The notes under the pieces: model-generated
What the model saw: only the letters and a program-made list of their open reading frames with translations
What the model was told of the DNA's origin: nothing
Databases searched by the model: none
Shown here: positions 31,515 through 40,886 of the stretch, piece after piece
How the letters are laid out: every line of letters starts with the position of its first letter
Position numbering within the stretch: the first letter of the stretch is position 1
Origin: Myxococcota bacterium
Lineage (GTDB): Bacteria > Myxococcota_A > UBA9160 > SZUA-336
Assembly: GCA_965247115.1 (NCBI GenBank)
Contig: CBDFGR010000003.1
Span: 2,048,001-2,112,000 of the forward strand
Direction of reading: 5' to 3'
Length of the DNA: 64,000 nucleotides
Translations under genes and position numbers: made by a program

Positions 31515-31519
31515 GTCTC

Positions 31520-31918
31520 GTGGGACCCGGCGCGCGAGCGGTCGCGCGCCACCCACCTCCGCTCAGGCCTACGGCCTTCGCTGCGCGCGCCGCTTCCGCG
31601 GCGCGCGCAGGTTGTTTGGCCGAAGTCGGAACTTCTGGTCACTCTGGCGGGACTCTTGGGCACATTCGTTCATCTGGGCATCGCTGCGGTCGTCTCACGC
31701 GGATTAAGTTCTGATTAAGGACCGTCCCTAAGTTATGTGCGCGGAATAAGTTCAGATTAGGGACCGGCCCCTGGTTGAGCGCGTTCCGGTTCTGGAGAGA
31801 ACCGGCAACCGCCTACGGGGCTTGGCAGCCTGCAAGCGCCGCGGATGCGGCGCGCGCAGCGAAGGCCGTAGGCCTGAGCGGAGGTGGGTGGCCGCGGACG
31901 CCCGCGGCCGGGTCCCAC
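31520..31918. mobile_element. Composite palindromic repeat cassette 1 (A>, D, C, C, <E, <A), REPIN/MITE-like
   Basis: About 72-bp family A elements inverted at both ends (GTGGGACC...GGTCCCAC); internal modules shared with 50809-51240. Confidence 0.75.
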
Positions 31919-33531
31919 TAGTCTTGGCTGCGTTTGCCTAGCTCGCCGGCTGGATGGCGGCTCTGGTAGTCCTGGCGCGTGAAGCCTCTCAGGCGCTCGA
32001 GCTCGACGGAGAGTGCCGCCAGCACGAGGACCTCCGCCAGGATGCTGGCTCGGGGGGCGAGCCCCAGCGGTCCTCCCTCCGCGTCCACCCGTGCCTCCAG
32101 GACCAGACCCGCAGCTCGTCCGAGGGGCGAGCCCGCACGGCCGGTGACCGCGATCAGATCGGCGCCGAAGCCCCGCAGTGCCCGCGCCAGCTGGAGGAGC
32201 TCGGAGGTGGTGCCGCTGTTCGAGATCGCGATTACCACGTCGCCGGATCGTACCTGGCCCAGGCTTCCGTGCGTGGCCTCGGTTCCGTGCAGGAAGGTCG
32301 CGGGCGTCCCTGTGCTCGACAGCAGAGAGGCCACATAGCGGGCGACGTGCTCGGGTTTGCCGACGCCAGTCACGTGGACGCGGCCACCGCCCTTCTCCGC
32401 GCGCAAAATGCTCTTTGCGGCGTCATGGATCGCGCTCCGATCCGCGCTGCCCGCCACACGCTCCACCTCCCGGGTCGCGATGGACAGAAAGCGCTCGAGA
32501 TCAGCCGAGCCCTCCTGTTGCTGTGGGTAGAGCGGCTCGACAAGCTCGAGCGTGGGCCCGTCCAGCGACGCGTACAGCTCGAGCACCCGGGCCCGCACCC
32601 TCTCGGGAGCGTCGGGGAAGGCCCCGATCTGCTCGCAGCAGACGGCACCGCACGCATTACCGAGGCGGGCCGCGTCCTCCCAGCCGAGGCCCGTCTCGAG
32701 CCCCGCGAGAAAGCCGCCGAGAAAGGCATCTCCGGCCCCGGTCGTATCGGCGACCGCGACCTTTGCAGCCGGCACCTCGACGTCGCCCGCGTCGGCCCGA
32801 ACCAGCGAGCCTGCCGCGCCCAGCGTCACAGCCACCGCGTTAGGACCGAAGCGGGAGGTCAGCGCGCTGGCGAGCTCGCGCGGCGAGTCTCCCTCCACCA
32901 GACCCTCCAGTGCAGAGCGCGAAGGTTTCAGAATGTCCGCAGCCGCAAGAGCCGCCAGCAGGTCTCGCTCGCTGCCGAGCGCTGGAACCGCAGCCGCGAT
33001 CGGCACGTCCAGGTCGAGAACGGTGCGGGCTCCGCTCTCGCGCGCGATCTCCAGAACGCGCCGTACGACTCGGAGCGGCAGCTGGGAGATCTCGCTCGTC
33101 ACGACGCGGGCGGACTCGATCATCGGCCGGTGGAGCGTCTCGATCTCCTCCGGACGCACTTCTCCAGTTGCCCCAGGCGCCATGTAGATGGCGCGACTCC
33201 CTGCTGCGTCGACGTAGACCTGCGCGAAGGACGAGGCGCTGCCCGACAGGTCCAGATGATGCTCGATGCCCAGACGGTCCATGCCGGCCCGCAGAAAGCG
33301 GCCGTTCGCATCGTCGGCCTGCTTGCCGAACACGCCGACCCGGAGCCCCAGGACGCGCGCCCAGGCCAGGTGGTTGAGTGTCACCCCGCCGACGAGCCGG
33401 CGTGTGATCGCGCCGTCAGCATCCGCGAGCAGGAACGCCTTCTCGTCCGGGCCAGCAAGGCGCGGCGTCATGCAGATCGAGTCCACAACCATGCTGCCGA
33501 TGCCGACGACGTCGTAGCGCTTCTCGCTCAC
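31918..33531 (-). CDS. PfkB-family sugar kinase fused to a KdsD/GutQ-like SIS isomerase domain
   Basis: DTTGAGDAF PfkB motif, then TGVGK, SSTGTP, HGSLG, ISNSG and HPAG.LG; GTG 33531 with GGAGGAG. Confidence 0.85.
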   Translation of the reverse strand: MSEKRYDVVGIGSMVVDSICMTPRLAGPDEKAFLLADADGAITRRLVGGVTLNHLAWARVLGLRVGVFGKQADDANGRFLRAGMDRLGIEHHLDLSGSASSFAQVYVDAAGSRAIYMAPGATGEVRPEEIETLHRPMIESARVVTSEISQLPLRVVRRVLEIARESGARTVLDLDVPIAAAVPALGSERDLLAALAAADILKPSRSALEGLVEGDSPRELASALTSRFGPNAVAVTLGAAGSLVRADAGDVEVPAAKVAVADTTGAGDAFLGGFLAGLETGLGWEDAARLGNACGAVCCEQIGAFPDAPERVRARVLELYASLDGPTLELVEPLYPQQQEGSADLERFLSIATREVERVAGSADRSAIHDAAKSILRAEKGGGRVHVTGVGKPEHVARYVASLLSSTGTPATFLHGTEATHGSLGQVRSGDVVIAISNSGTTSELLQLARALRGFGADLIAVTGRAGSPLGRAAGLVLEARVDAEGGPLGLAPRASILAEVLVLAALSVELERLRGFTRQDYQSRHPAGELGKRSQD

Positions 33532-34628
33532 GGCTCCTCCGACTCGTCGGCTCGGCTCACCCAACGAGCCGGCAACGTGGCCTGCACAAGGGAACGCAGG
33601 GTCTCGAGGCTGCGATCGAGCAGACCTGCCTGCTCGATGCCCAGGGCCGGAGTCCCGTTCGCGACGGCATCACTGGAAATCACGCCCAGCCCGAGCAGTC
33701 CGCGCTTGAGAGCCGCCAGACTGCGCTTTCCACCTGGGAAGGTGTATGCCTCTCGGTAGGCGTCGAAGATCCGCTTCATCTCGGCCATGAACTCCACGTC
33801 ACCCGCGCTCGCGACCTGCCAGGCCCGCTGCCACTCGCGCGGCCAGAGGTTGGCGGGGCCTGCGACCACGCCAGTGGGCAGCAAATCGTGCAGCAGGAAG
33901 CGGTTCCAGTGCTCGTTCAGCGTGCCCCAGAAGCCGCGCCGCGGTCGCATCATCTCCAGGATGTAGAGCGCGTCCCCGACGTAGATGCCGAAGTCGCCGA
34001 GATCGCGGAACTGGCGCGCCGCCTTCGTGTAGTGACCCAGCCGGCGCGGTGGCGCGGACACCTTGATTCCGCGCACGAAGTCGAGCCGACTCAGGCGCTT
34101 GACCGCCGCGGTGGGCAGGTGGGACGGCGCTCCGACAGCGATGTCGGCATTATCGTAGAGAAAGATCGGCAGCCGCACGTCACGCAGGTCGAGCAGCTCA
34201 GCGACGTCACGGGCCAGGAAGCGCACCGGATCGTCGACGTCCGCAATGGCGAGCGGCGCGATCACTCCCGCGTGGGCCCCCGTCTCGAGCGCCAGCTCCA
34301 GGGTCTCCAGGGTCTCCGCTCGCGTCGGCGCGGTGAGGCCTGCCCAGACCTCTACCTCCCCCTGGCCGAGCTGCGAGAGGCGCGGGTTCTGCTTCCGCAC
34401 CTCCTCAACCACGACGCGGATGACCTGGTGGCGGCGCCTCTGGTCCAGCCGATTCCCCTCGCCCGTGGTGCCCATCGCGAAAATCACGTCCGCGCCCCGC
34501 CCAGACTGCATCAGAAAGCGGGTCAGCCGGCGCTGGTCCGCCTCCAACAGCTCACCGTCCGGAGTCAGGACCGTCACGCACGGGATCGAGAGCCCGCGCC
34601 TAGGGGAGAGTCCCTCCAGCGTTTTCAC
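33528..34628 (-). CDS. DHDPS/N-acetylneuraminate lyase family aldolase
   Basis: MGTTGE, FLYDN and GIKVS (Schiff-base Lys) motifs. Confidence 0.75.
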   Translation of the reverse strand: MKTLEGLSPRRGLSIPCVTVLTPDGELLEADQRRLTRFLMQSGRGADVIFAMGTTGEGNRLDQRRRHQVIRVVVEEVRKQNPRLSQLGQGEVEVWAGLTAPTRAETLETLELALETGAHAGVIAPLAIADVDDPVRFLARDVAELLDLRDVRLPIFLYDNADIAVGAPSHLPTAAVKRLSRLDFVRGIKVSAPPRRLGHYTKAARQFRDLGDFGIYVGDALYILEMMRPRRGFWGTLNEHWNRFLLHDLLPTGVVAGPANLWPREWQRAWQVASAGDVEFMAEMKRIFDAYREAYTFPGGKRSLAALKRGLLGLGVISSDAVANGTPALGIEQAGLLDRSLETLRSLVQATLPARWVSRADESEEP

Positions 34629-34664
34629 GCGACGAGTGTAGACCCCTCGCCAGACGCGGGCGAC

Positions 34665-35696
34665 CTAGGAGTCCTGGCGGCCTGCCGGCGATCCGAGCGC
34701 ACCTTGCCGCCCGGAGAGCGGCTGTAGGGTCGCTCTCTGCACCCCGGGGAGCGCCAGCTGCTCGGCACCACGCGGCCGAGAAGCTCGATCTGGCAGGCCC
34801 GTGCGCTCGCGCAGGCTCGCGACGCGCCGGTCGAGCTTCACCGCCCAGCCCGGGTCGACGTCGATCCCGCGCGCGAACAGGCGCCGGTAGGCGGGCAGCT
34901 TCTCGGGCATCACCTCGGAGAGCCAGTCAAGGAAACGCCGGCGACTGCCCGAGGCCAGGAAGAGTGGTCCCACCGAGATCCACCCCGCGTCGTAGGTCCG
35001 GGCACGCTGGAACAGAAGCTCGAGATCCCGGGCGCTGTCGTTGATCGCCGGGAGAATGGGGAGAGCGTTGATCCCGACCGGGAGACCCGCGTGCGCGAGC
35101 GTCTGGACCGTCTTCAGGCGGCGCTCGGGAGTCGGAGCACCGGGATCGAGCTTTCGAGCCAGGGTCCGGTACGGCGTGATCAGCGAGACGCTGATCGTGA
35201 GCCGCGAGCGCTCGCGGATCCGCACCAGTAGATCGAGGTCCCGCACGATGAGAGCCGACTTCGTGATGATCCCGATCTCGAGGCCGCGGAAACGCGCGAG
35301 CACCTCGAGGATGCCCCGCGTGAGCTCGTAGCTGGCCTCGGCGGGCTGGTAAGGATCCGTCGCCGTCCCGATCGCGATCGGCCGAGCCTGCAGCTTGCGC
35401 TGGTTCGCCTCGGCGCCGAGCACTGCGGCAGCGCCGGTTTTGACGAAGATCTTGCGCTCGAAGTCGAGCGGATCGGACAGACCCAGAAACTCGTGGGTGT
35501 AGCGCGCGTAGCAGTAGCGGCAGCCGAACGAGCATCCCCTGTAGGGATTGATCGTCCAACAATCGGGCATCCGCTCCGTGTCGCAGTGGTTGAGCAGATG
35601 CCGTGGCGTGAGCTCCGTGTACTGAACTCCCGCCCGCTCGGCGAGATCCTCACCAATCAATGCATGGATACCGCGTGTGGCAGGGGAGGGTTCCAC
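34665..35696 (-). CDS. Radical SAM protein, spore-photoproduct-lyase-like family
   Basis: INPYRGCSFGCRYCYAR and GTATDPYQPAE motifs. Confidence 0.88.
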   Translation of the reverse strand: MEPSPATRGIHALIGEDLAERAGVQYTELTPRHLLNHCDTERMPDCWTINPYRGCSFGCRYCYARYTHEFLGLSDPLDFERKIFVKTGAAAVLGAEANQRKLQARPIAIGTATDPYQPAEASYELTRGILEVLARFRGLEIGIITKSALIVRDLDLLVRIRERSRLTISVSLITPYRTLARKLDPGAPTPERRLKTVQTLAHAGLPVGINALPILPAINDSARDLELLFQRARTYDAGWISVGPLFLASGSRRRFLDWLSEVMPEKLPAYRRLFARGIDVDPGWAVKLDRRVASLRERTGLPDRASRPRGAEQLALPGVQRATLQPLSGRQGALGSPAGRQDS

Positions 35697-35705
35697 GCCT
35701 CTTAG

Positions 35706-35731
35706 TTTCGTTTTATTTTCGCCTTTGTCAA
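35706..35731 (-). promoter_or_regulatory. Sigma-70 -35 box with a direct-repeat operator (possible LexA-type)
   Basis: Minus strand TTGACA followed by CGAAA-N6-CGAAA in an AT-rich island directly before the radical SAM start. Confidence 0.5.
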
Positions 35732-35738
35732 CTCACCC

Positions 35739-36755
35739 TCAGACCCGAGGATCGAGGGCGTCACGCAGGGCGTCGCCCAGCAGGTTGTAGGAGGTGACGG
35801 TCACGAAGATCGCGGCTCCGGGGAAGACGGCCAGCCACCAGGCGAAGGTATTGGCGCGGGACTCGGCCAGGATCGAGCCCCAGGTGACGAGGTGCGCAGG
35901 CACCCCGATGCCAAGAAAGGACAGACCGGACTCCGCCAGCACCGCGGTGGCGACGCCGAAGGCCACCGCCACCAGTACAGGGGCCAGCGCGTTGGGCAGG
36001 ATGTGGCGCAGCATCACCCGCCGATCGCTCGCCCCGAGGCTCTTGGCTGCCTCCACGAACTCCTGCTCGCGGACACGCAGGAACTCGCTGCGGATGTAGC
36101 GCGCGATCCCCATCCAGCCGGTCAGGCCCAGGATCACCATGATGAGATAAATCGAAGGCGGGAAGATCGCCGCCACGGTGATCAGCAGAAAGAAGGTCGG
36201 GATCCCCAGCATCATCTCGACAAAGCGCGAGACGACCAGATCGACCCAGCCTCCGTAGTAGCCGGCCAGAGCACCGAAGAAAATCCCGACGAGCGCCTGG
36301 ATGGAGACGACGACGAGACCGATCGTGAGCGAGATCCGCGTGCCGTGCACCATGCCGGAGGCCACGTCCCGTCCCAGCCTGTCCGTCCCGAACCAGTGCT
36401 CGAGCGAGGGCTCCGCCAGCGTCTGTCCGCTGAGATCGACCCGGCTCGGTGCGTGGGGGATCGGCGGCCACAGAACACGCTCCGCTCGGTCCTCCAGGCG
36501 CTTGAAGTCCACATTCAGCAGGGGGGCCGGCCAGCGCCGCGCGCCCACCGCCACGCCGTAGTCGATCAGGATCGGGAAGTACGTCTCGCCATCGAGCTTG
36601 ATGTAGTACGGCTTGTCGTTGGCGATGAAGTCCGCGCCGAGCGCGAGTACTCCCATCGACAGGACCAAGGACAGGCTCAGCATGGCGCTGCGCCTGCCCC
36701 GTAGCTCCAGCCAGGCCCGGCCCCAGAGGCCCCTGGATCGAACGAGCTCGTTCAT
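35739..36755 (-). CDS. Peptide ABC transporter permease (OppC/DppC-like)
   Basis: HWFGTDRLGRD, EAA loop and ESGLSFLG motifs. Confidence 0.9.
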   Translation of the reverse strand: MNELVRSRGLWGRAWLELRGRRSAMLSLSLVLSMGVLALGADFIANDKPYYIKLDGETYFPILIDYGVAVGARRWPAPLLNVDFKRLEDRAERVLWPPIPHAPSRVDLSGQTLAEPSLEHWFGTDRLGRDVASGMVHGTRISLTIGLVVVSIQALVGIFFGALAGYYGGWVDLVVSRFVEMMLGIPTFFLLITVAAIFPPSIYLIMVILGLTGWMGIARYIRSEFLRVREQEFVEAAKSLGASDRRVMLRHILPNALAPVLVAVAFGVATAVLAESGLSFLGIGVPAHLVTWGSILAESRANTFAWWLAVFPGAAIFVTVTSYNLLGDALRDALDPRV

Positions 36756-37780
36756 CCTACGCTCCGCTGGAACCGGATGCGCGGGTCGACGAGCACCAGT
36801 GCGAGATCGGAGAGCAGTATCCCGATCAGCGTGAGAGCGGAGCTCACGGTGAGCAGTGCCAGGACCACCGGATAGTCCCTGGCCAGCACGGCCTGGTAGC
36901 CGAGAAAGCCGAGGCCGGGCAAAGAGAAGATCGTCTCGATGATCACCGAGCCGCCGATCAGTGCGGGAAGGATGCCGCCGATGTTCGTCGCGATGGGGAT
37001 GATCGAGTTGCGCAGAATGTGCTTGAAGACCACGACGCTCTCGCGGACCCCCTTCGCACGAGCGGTGCGCACATAGTCCTGGCTCTTCGCGTCGAGCATC
37101 GATGAGCGCAGAATCCGCGATTGAAACGCGAATGAGCCATACGTGGTGACGAAGATCGGCATGGCGAGGTGGTGCAGGTAGTCACCCGCGCGCCGGGCCC
37201 AGGGCCAGCTCGGGTCGTAGTCGAGCGAGTGCACCCCTGCGGGTGGGAACCAGTCGAAGAAGTCGCCCCCGCAGAAGAAGATGATGATCAGCGTGCCGAT
37301 CCAGAAGGAGGGCAGGGAGACCAGCATGAACAGCACCACGGTAGAAGCCCGATCGGCCAGGCCCCCCTCCTTGATCGCCGAGAGGATGCCCAGCGGAATC
37401 GAGAACGCGAAGGTGATCAAGATGGCCGAGGCTGCGAGGGTCACGGTGAGCGGGATACGTTCGCGGATCTTCGCCCAGACCGGACGCCGGTCCTTGAAGC
37501 TGTTGCCGAAGTCTCCGGAGAGCGTCTTCTTGAGCCACACCGCGTACTGCACGGGAAGCGGTCGGTCGAGGCCGAGCTGGCTGCGCAGCGCGGCCTTCGC
37601 GCGTTCAACGTCAGCGAGCTTGTCCGTCTGAACACCCTCGGTGCCTGCAGCGAGTCCCCCTGCGAAGAACAGCTCCACGGGATCGCCGGGAGCGTTGTGG
37701 ATGATCGCGAACTGGATCACCGTGATCGCGATGAACGTGAGACCGAGCAGGACGACTCGCTGGAGCAGGTAGCCGGCCAC
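36752..37780 (-). CDS. Peptide ABC transporter permease (OppB/DppB-like)
   Basis: APGDP, YVRTARAKG, ETIFSLPGLG and RDYPVV motifs. Confidence 0.9.
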   Translation of the reverse strand: MAGYLLQRVVLLGLTFIAITVIQFAIIHNAPGDPVELFFAGGLAAGTEGVQTDKLADVERAKAALRSQLGLDRPLPVQYAVWLKKTLSGDFGNSFKDRRPVWAKIRERIPLTVTLAASAILITFAFSIPLGILSAIKEGGLADRASTVVLFMLVSLPSFWIGTLIIIFFCGGDFFDWFPPAGVHSLDYDPSWPWARRAGDYLHHLAMPIFVTTYGSFAFQSRILRSSMLDAKSQDYVRTARAKGVRESVVVFKHILRNSIIPIATNIGGILPALIGGSVIIETIFSLPGLGFLGYQAVLARDYPVVLALLTVSSALTLIGILLSDLALVLVDPRIRFQRSVG

Positions 37781-37791
37781 AGCCTAATCCG

Positions 37792-39576
37792 TCAGCGGTG
37801 TCTCTGGCTCGCGAGCGGCACCCACCACTCATTCAGATCGCTGCTCCCGCTCGGGTACCAGGTCACCCCGTGGAAGCGACGGTCCCACGCTGTGATGGCC
37901 CGCTGCATGAACAGGAACGTGTAGGGCTGCTCCTCGTAGAGGATCTCCTGGAAGCGGTCGATCAGCTTCTTTCGAACGTCGGGGTCGAACTCGACGCGGT
38001 AGGCCTCCAGAATCCCGTCCACCTCCTCGTTCTTGAAGTACACGTGGTTTGAGCCACCCTCGACTGCTTGGGTCGAGTGCCAGAGCTGGTACGGATCGGG
38101 CGGTGTGATCGACATCGCCCAGCCCAGGATCACCGCGTCGTAGGCGAAGCGCTTGACACGGTCGAGCATGATGCTCCAGTCGATGCTCCGGTAGCTCGCG
38201 CCGATCCCGGCGCGCTTCATCTCGTCGATCACCGCCAGCCCCACGGCCTGGCGGATGTCGTTGCCCGTGTTGGAGATGATCTCGAACTCGAGGGCTACGC
38301 GCGTTCCGTCGAGCTCCTTGTCCAGCACCCCGTCACCGTCCGAGTCCACCCAGCCCGCCTCTGCGAGCAGCTCCTTGCCCCGCTCCGGATCGAAGACGTG
38401 GCCCGCAAGGTTTTGGTTGTACTCCGGCCGCTCGACGAAGACGGAGCTCTCGATGGGTACGGCCAGACCCCGCAGTACCTGCTCGATGATGTTCTGCTTG
38501 TCGACGAAGTAGCCGAGCGCGCGACGCACACGCACGTCCTGAAAGAGGGGCTTCGTCATGTTCCAGCCGATGTACGTGTAGCCCGGACTGGTGTGGATCT
38601 TCTTCTGCGCCCGATTCCTGAAGCGCGCGTTGTTGGTCTGCCGCTCGTTCTGCAGCGGCGTCAAACCCATCACGTCCAGGTCGCCACCCTTGAACGCGAC
38701 CAGAGCGGCTTCCCGATCGTTGATGACCCGATAGACGATCCGGTTCACCCAGGCATCTCCGAAGCGGGAGTCGTCCGGCGCCCAGAAGGCCTCTCGACGG
38801 TGCAGGGTGATCTTCTCCCCGGTAACCACATCCGTCTCGGGATCGCGGATCTCGAACGCCCCGGCACCGACGGGATGCCGGTGGAAATCCTCGTTGAACC
38901 GCGCGGCGAAGCGCTCGGCGCGCTCCTTCGTCTCCGCGTCGAGCTCGTCAAAATTCTCGAGCTGCGGGAGCGAGATCCCGTCCAGGAGGCCGTCGGGATC
39001 GTAGTGGTAGCGCGGTAGCGGCGCGATCGAGCCCATCACGTAGATGTTTCTGAAGTACCGCTCGCGCATGTCGATGCGCAGCGTGTGAGGATCGACTGCC
39101 GTGGCATCAATAACGGAGTTGAAGTAGTTGCGCAGGTGAGGAGCCAGGACGCGCGGGTTCTTGAGCGTCTTCAACGTGAAGATCAGATCCTCCGCAACGA
39201 CCGGACTCCCGTCGGGGAAGGTGACATCCTCGCGGAGCCGGAACGTGTAGACGAGCTTGTCCTCGCTGATCTCCGGCAGCTCGCGCGCAATCACCGGGCG
39301 CGGCTCGAGCGTCTCGTTGTCGAGCGTGAGCAGGGTCGGCATGATCCAGCCCAGTACCGAGCTCGATGCCGCGTCACTCGAGGTGAGCGGGTTCAAGCTC
39401 TCGGGGTCCGCGAGCGACCACTGAACCAGCCAGTCCCCGCGCTCGGGCACGCCATTCGATTCCGCTACCGGCGTGGCCGCGCCCGCGGTGTCGTCCGCGG
39501 CCTGCTGAGGAGCACCGCAGCCGAGCCAGAGCAACACACTGCAGAGGCCGAGTACCCGCGTCACACGAACGTTCAT
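37792..39576 (-). CDS. Peptide ABC transporter substrate-binding lipoprotein (family 5)
   Basis: Lipobox LG-C, DPESLNP, YTFRLR and DVRVRRAL motifs; ATG 39576. Confidence 0.88.
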   Translation of the reverse strand: MNVRVTRVLGLCSVLLWLGCGAPQQAADDTAGAATPVAESNGVPERGDWLVQWSLADPESLNPLTSSDAASSSVLGWIMPTLLTLDNETLEPRPVIARELPEISEDKLVYTFRLREDVTFPDGSPVVAEDLIFTLKTLKNPRVLAPHLRNYFNSVIDATAVDPHTLRIDMRERYFRNIYVMGSIAPLPRYHYDPDGLLDGISLPQLENFDELDAETKERAERFAARFNEDFHRHPVGAGAFEIRDPETDVVTGEKITLHRREAFWAPDDSRFGDAWVNRIVYRVINDREAALVAFKGGDLDVMGLTPLQNERQTNNARFRNRAQKKIHTSPGYTYIGWNMTKPLFQDVRVRRALGYFVDKQNIIEQVLRGLAVPIESSVFVERPEYNQNLAGHVFDPERGKELLAEAGWVDSDGDGVLDKELDGTRVALEFEIISNTGNDIRQAVGLAVIDEMKRAGIGASYRSIDWSIMLDRVKRFAYDAVILGWAMSITPPDPYQLWHSTQAVEGGSNHVYFKNEEVDGILEAYRVEFDPDVRKKLIDRFQEILYEEQPYTFLFMQRAITAWDRRFHGVTWYPSGSSDLNEWWVPLASQRHR

Positions 39577-39752
39577 GTCTGGAAGCTGCCTCGAATCGCT
39601 GCTTCGATCCAGACCCCGGAGGTCGCGCACGGCGCGGATGTCACAAGCTGCGCTCGGCGCGATCCGGCTGGCGCAGGTGTCCAACGCCGCACTGTATGCT
39701 AACAAGTGAGCCCCGTAGCTCCCTTTCTACGACTCACCCCCCGAGGACTGTC

Positions 39753-39980
39753 ATGGAACGCGGCGACAAGCGCCGTTGCGGCCATCGGGGTCAGGGCGGA
39801 GTCTCGCTCAAGCTCTGGATCGATCACGAGCTGATCGACGTATGGCTGGACGACACGGGAATTCATTTCCGTCATCCGAGTGGGACGCAGACCGAGGGAC
39901 ACCTGCCCTGGAGCGTCGCCATCTCTACCTCTCTGCTGCCTCAGACGCTGCGGCGCAGCGATAGCGCCCACGCCGCCTAG
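39753..39980 (+). CDS. Small hypothetical protein (75 aa)
   Basis: GAGGA RBS before ATG 39753; globular-looking sequence in an intergenic gap. Confidence 0.55.
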   Translation: MERGDKRRCGHRGQGGVSLKLWIDHELIDVWLDDTGIHFRHPSGTQTEGHLPWSVAISTSLLPQTLRRSDSAHAA

Positions 39981-40049
39981 GGAACGCTATTTGAGGGGAA
40001 AGAACCTCGTCATGATCGCGGCCGGATGCCAGCCGCGGGAGTCGGCTGC

Positions 40050-40790
40050 GTGAACGAGCTGGTCCTGCTGGGAGCGGGCTTTCTCGCGGGAGTGCTCGCG
40101 GCCGCACGCCTGCGTCGTGCGCCGAAGCGCGAGACTCGCTACGAGCGCGGCAGCTTCGACCTCGTTCGCGCCGAGCTCGATCGCGATCAGGGCGCCGACC
40201 GCGTGGGATCCGCTCCAGACTGCAACAACCCCGCTCCGCACCTGCTCTCGCTCTTCGCGGAGGCGCTTCGCGAGCCGTTGCGCCAGCTTCGGCGCGAGCC
40301 CGCGCGCGCAGCCGAGGCTGTCGAGCGGCTGGAACGCATTGTCTGGCAAGCGCGCATGCTCGTCTCGCGACCCCGCCCAATGCAGGCCACCGCGACCTCA
40401 CCCATCGCGCTGCTGCAGGAGGCAGCCGAGGAGGTGCCCCTGCTCCGAGACGGGATCGTCACGGCGTCCTGGAGCTTGCTCAACCGTCAGCCCATCGAGC
40501 TCGACCCCGAACGCACGCGCGGCGCCTTCCGCGAGCTGCTCGCCGCCGGCGCCGAGGCCGCGTCCGAAGGAGGCCGCCTCGGGATCAAGATCCTCCAGGG
40601 CCAGGACTCCGGCTTCCCGGTTCGGATCGAGGTAGAGATCGGCAGACGCGGCACGGAAACCGACTCGCTGTCGTTCCTGGTCGCCCGCCACCTCCTCGAA
40701 AGCCAGGGCGCCCAGCTCGAGGTAGACGGCAACCTCACCCGCATCCAACTGAGAAACGCCGCCCCCTCCGACGCCGAACTAGCCGCCTAG
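40050..40790 (+). CDS. Membrane-anchored histidine-kinase-like protein lacking the phospho-His
   Basis: N-terminal TM, FAEALREPL HisKA-like helix and degenerate HATPase (LSFLVARHLLESQGA). Confidence 0.55.
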   Translation: MNELVLLGAGFLAGVLAAARLRRAPKRETRYERGSFDLVRAELDRDQGADRVGSAPDCNNPAPHLLSLFAEALREPLRQLRREPARAAEAVERLERIVWQARMLVSRPRPMQATATSPIALLQEAAEEVPLLRDGIVTASWSLLNRQPIELDPERTRGAFRELLAAGAEAASEGGRLGIKILQGQDSGFPVRIEVEIGRRGTETDSLSFLVARHLLESQGAQLEVDGNLTRIQLRNAAPSDAELAA

Positions 40791-40830
40791 CCAAAACAAA
40801 AAAGAAGAGCACCGGCCAAGCTGGCAAGGA

Positions 40831-40874
40831 GTCGGATGTCGGGGTCCTCCGGGGGGAGGATCCCGACCTCCGAC
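40831..40874. repeat. Family B short (core-less) hairpin
   Basis: gtcggatgtcgggg...cccgacctccgac with the same ggcaaggagtcgg lead-in as copy 3; lies between convergent genes. Confidence 0.75.
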
Positions 40875-40886
40875 GGCCTGGGTCCG

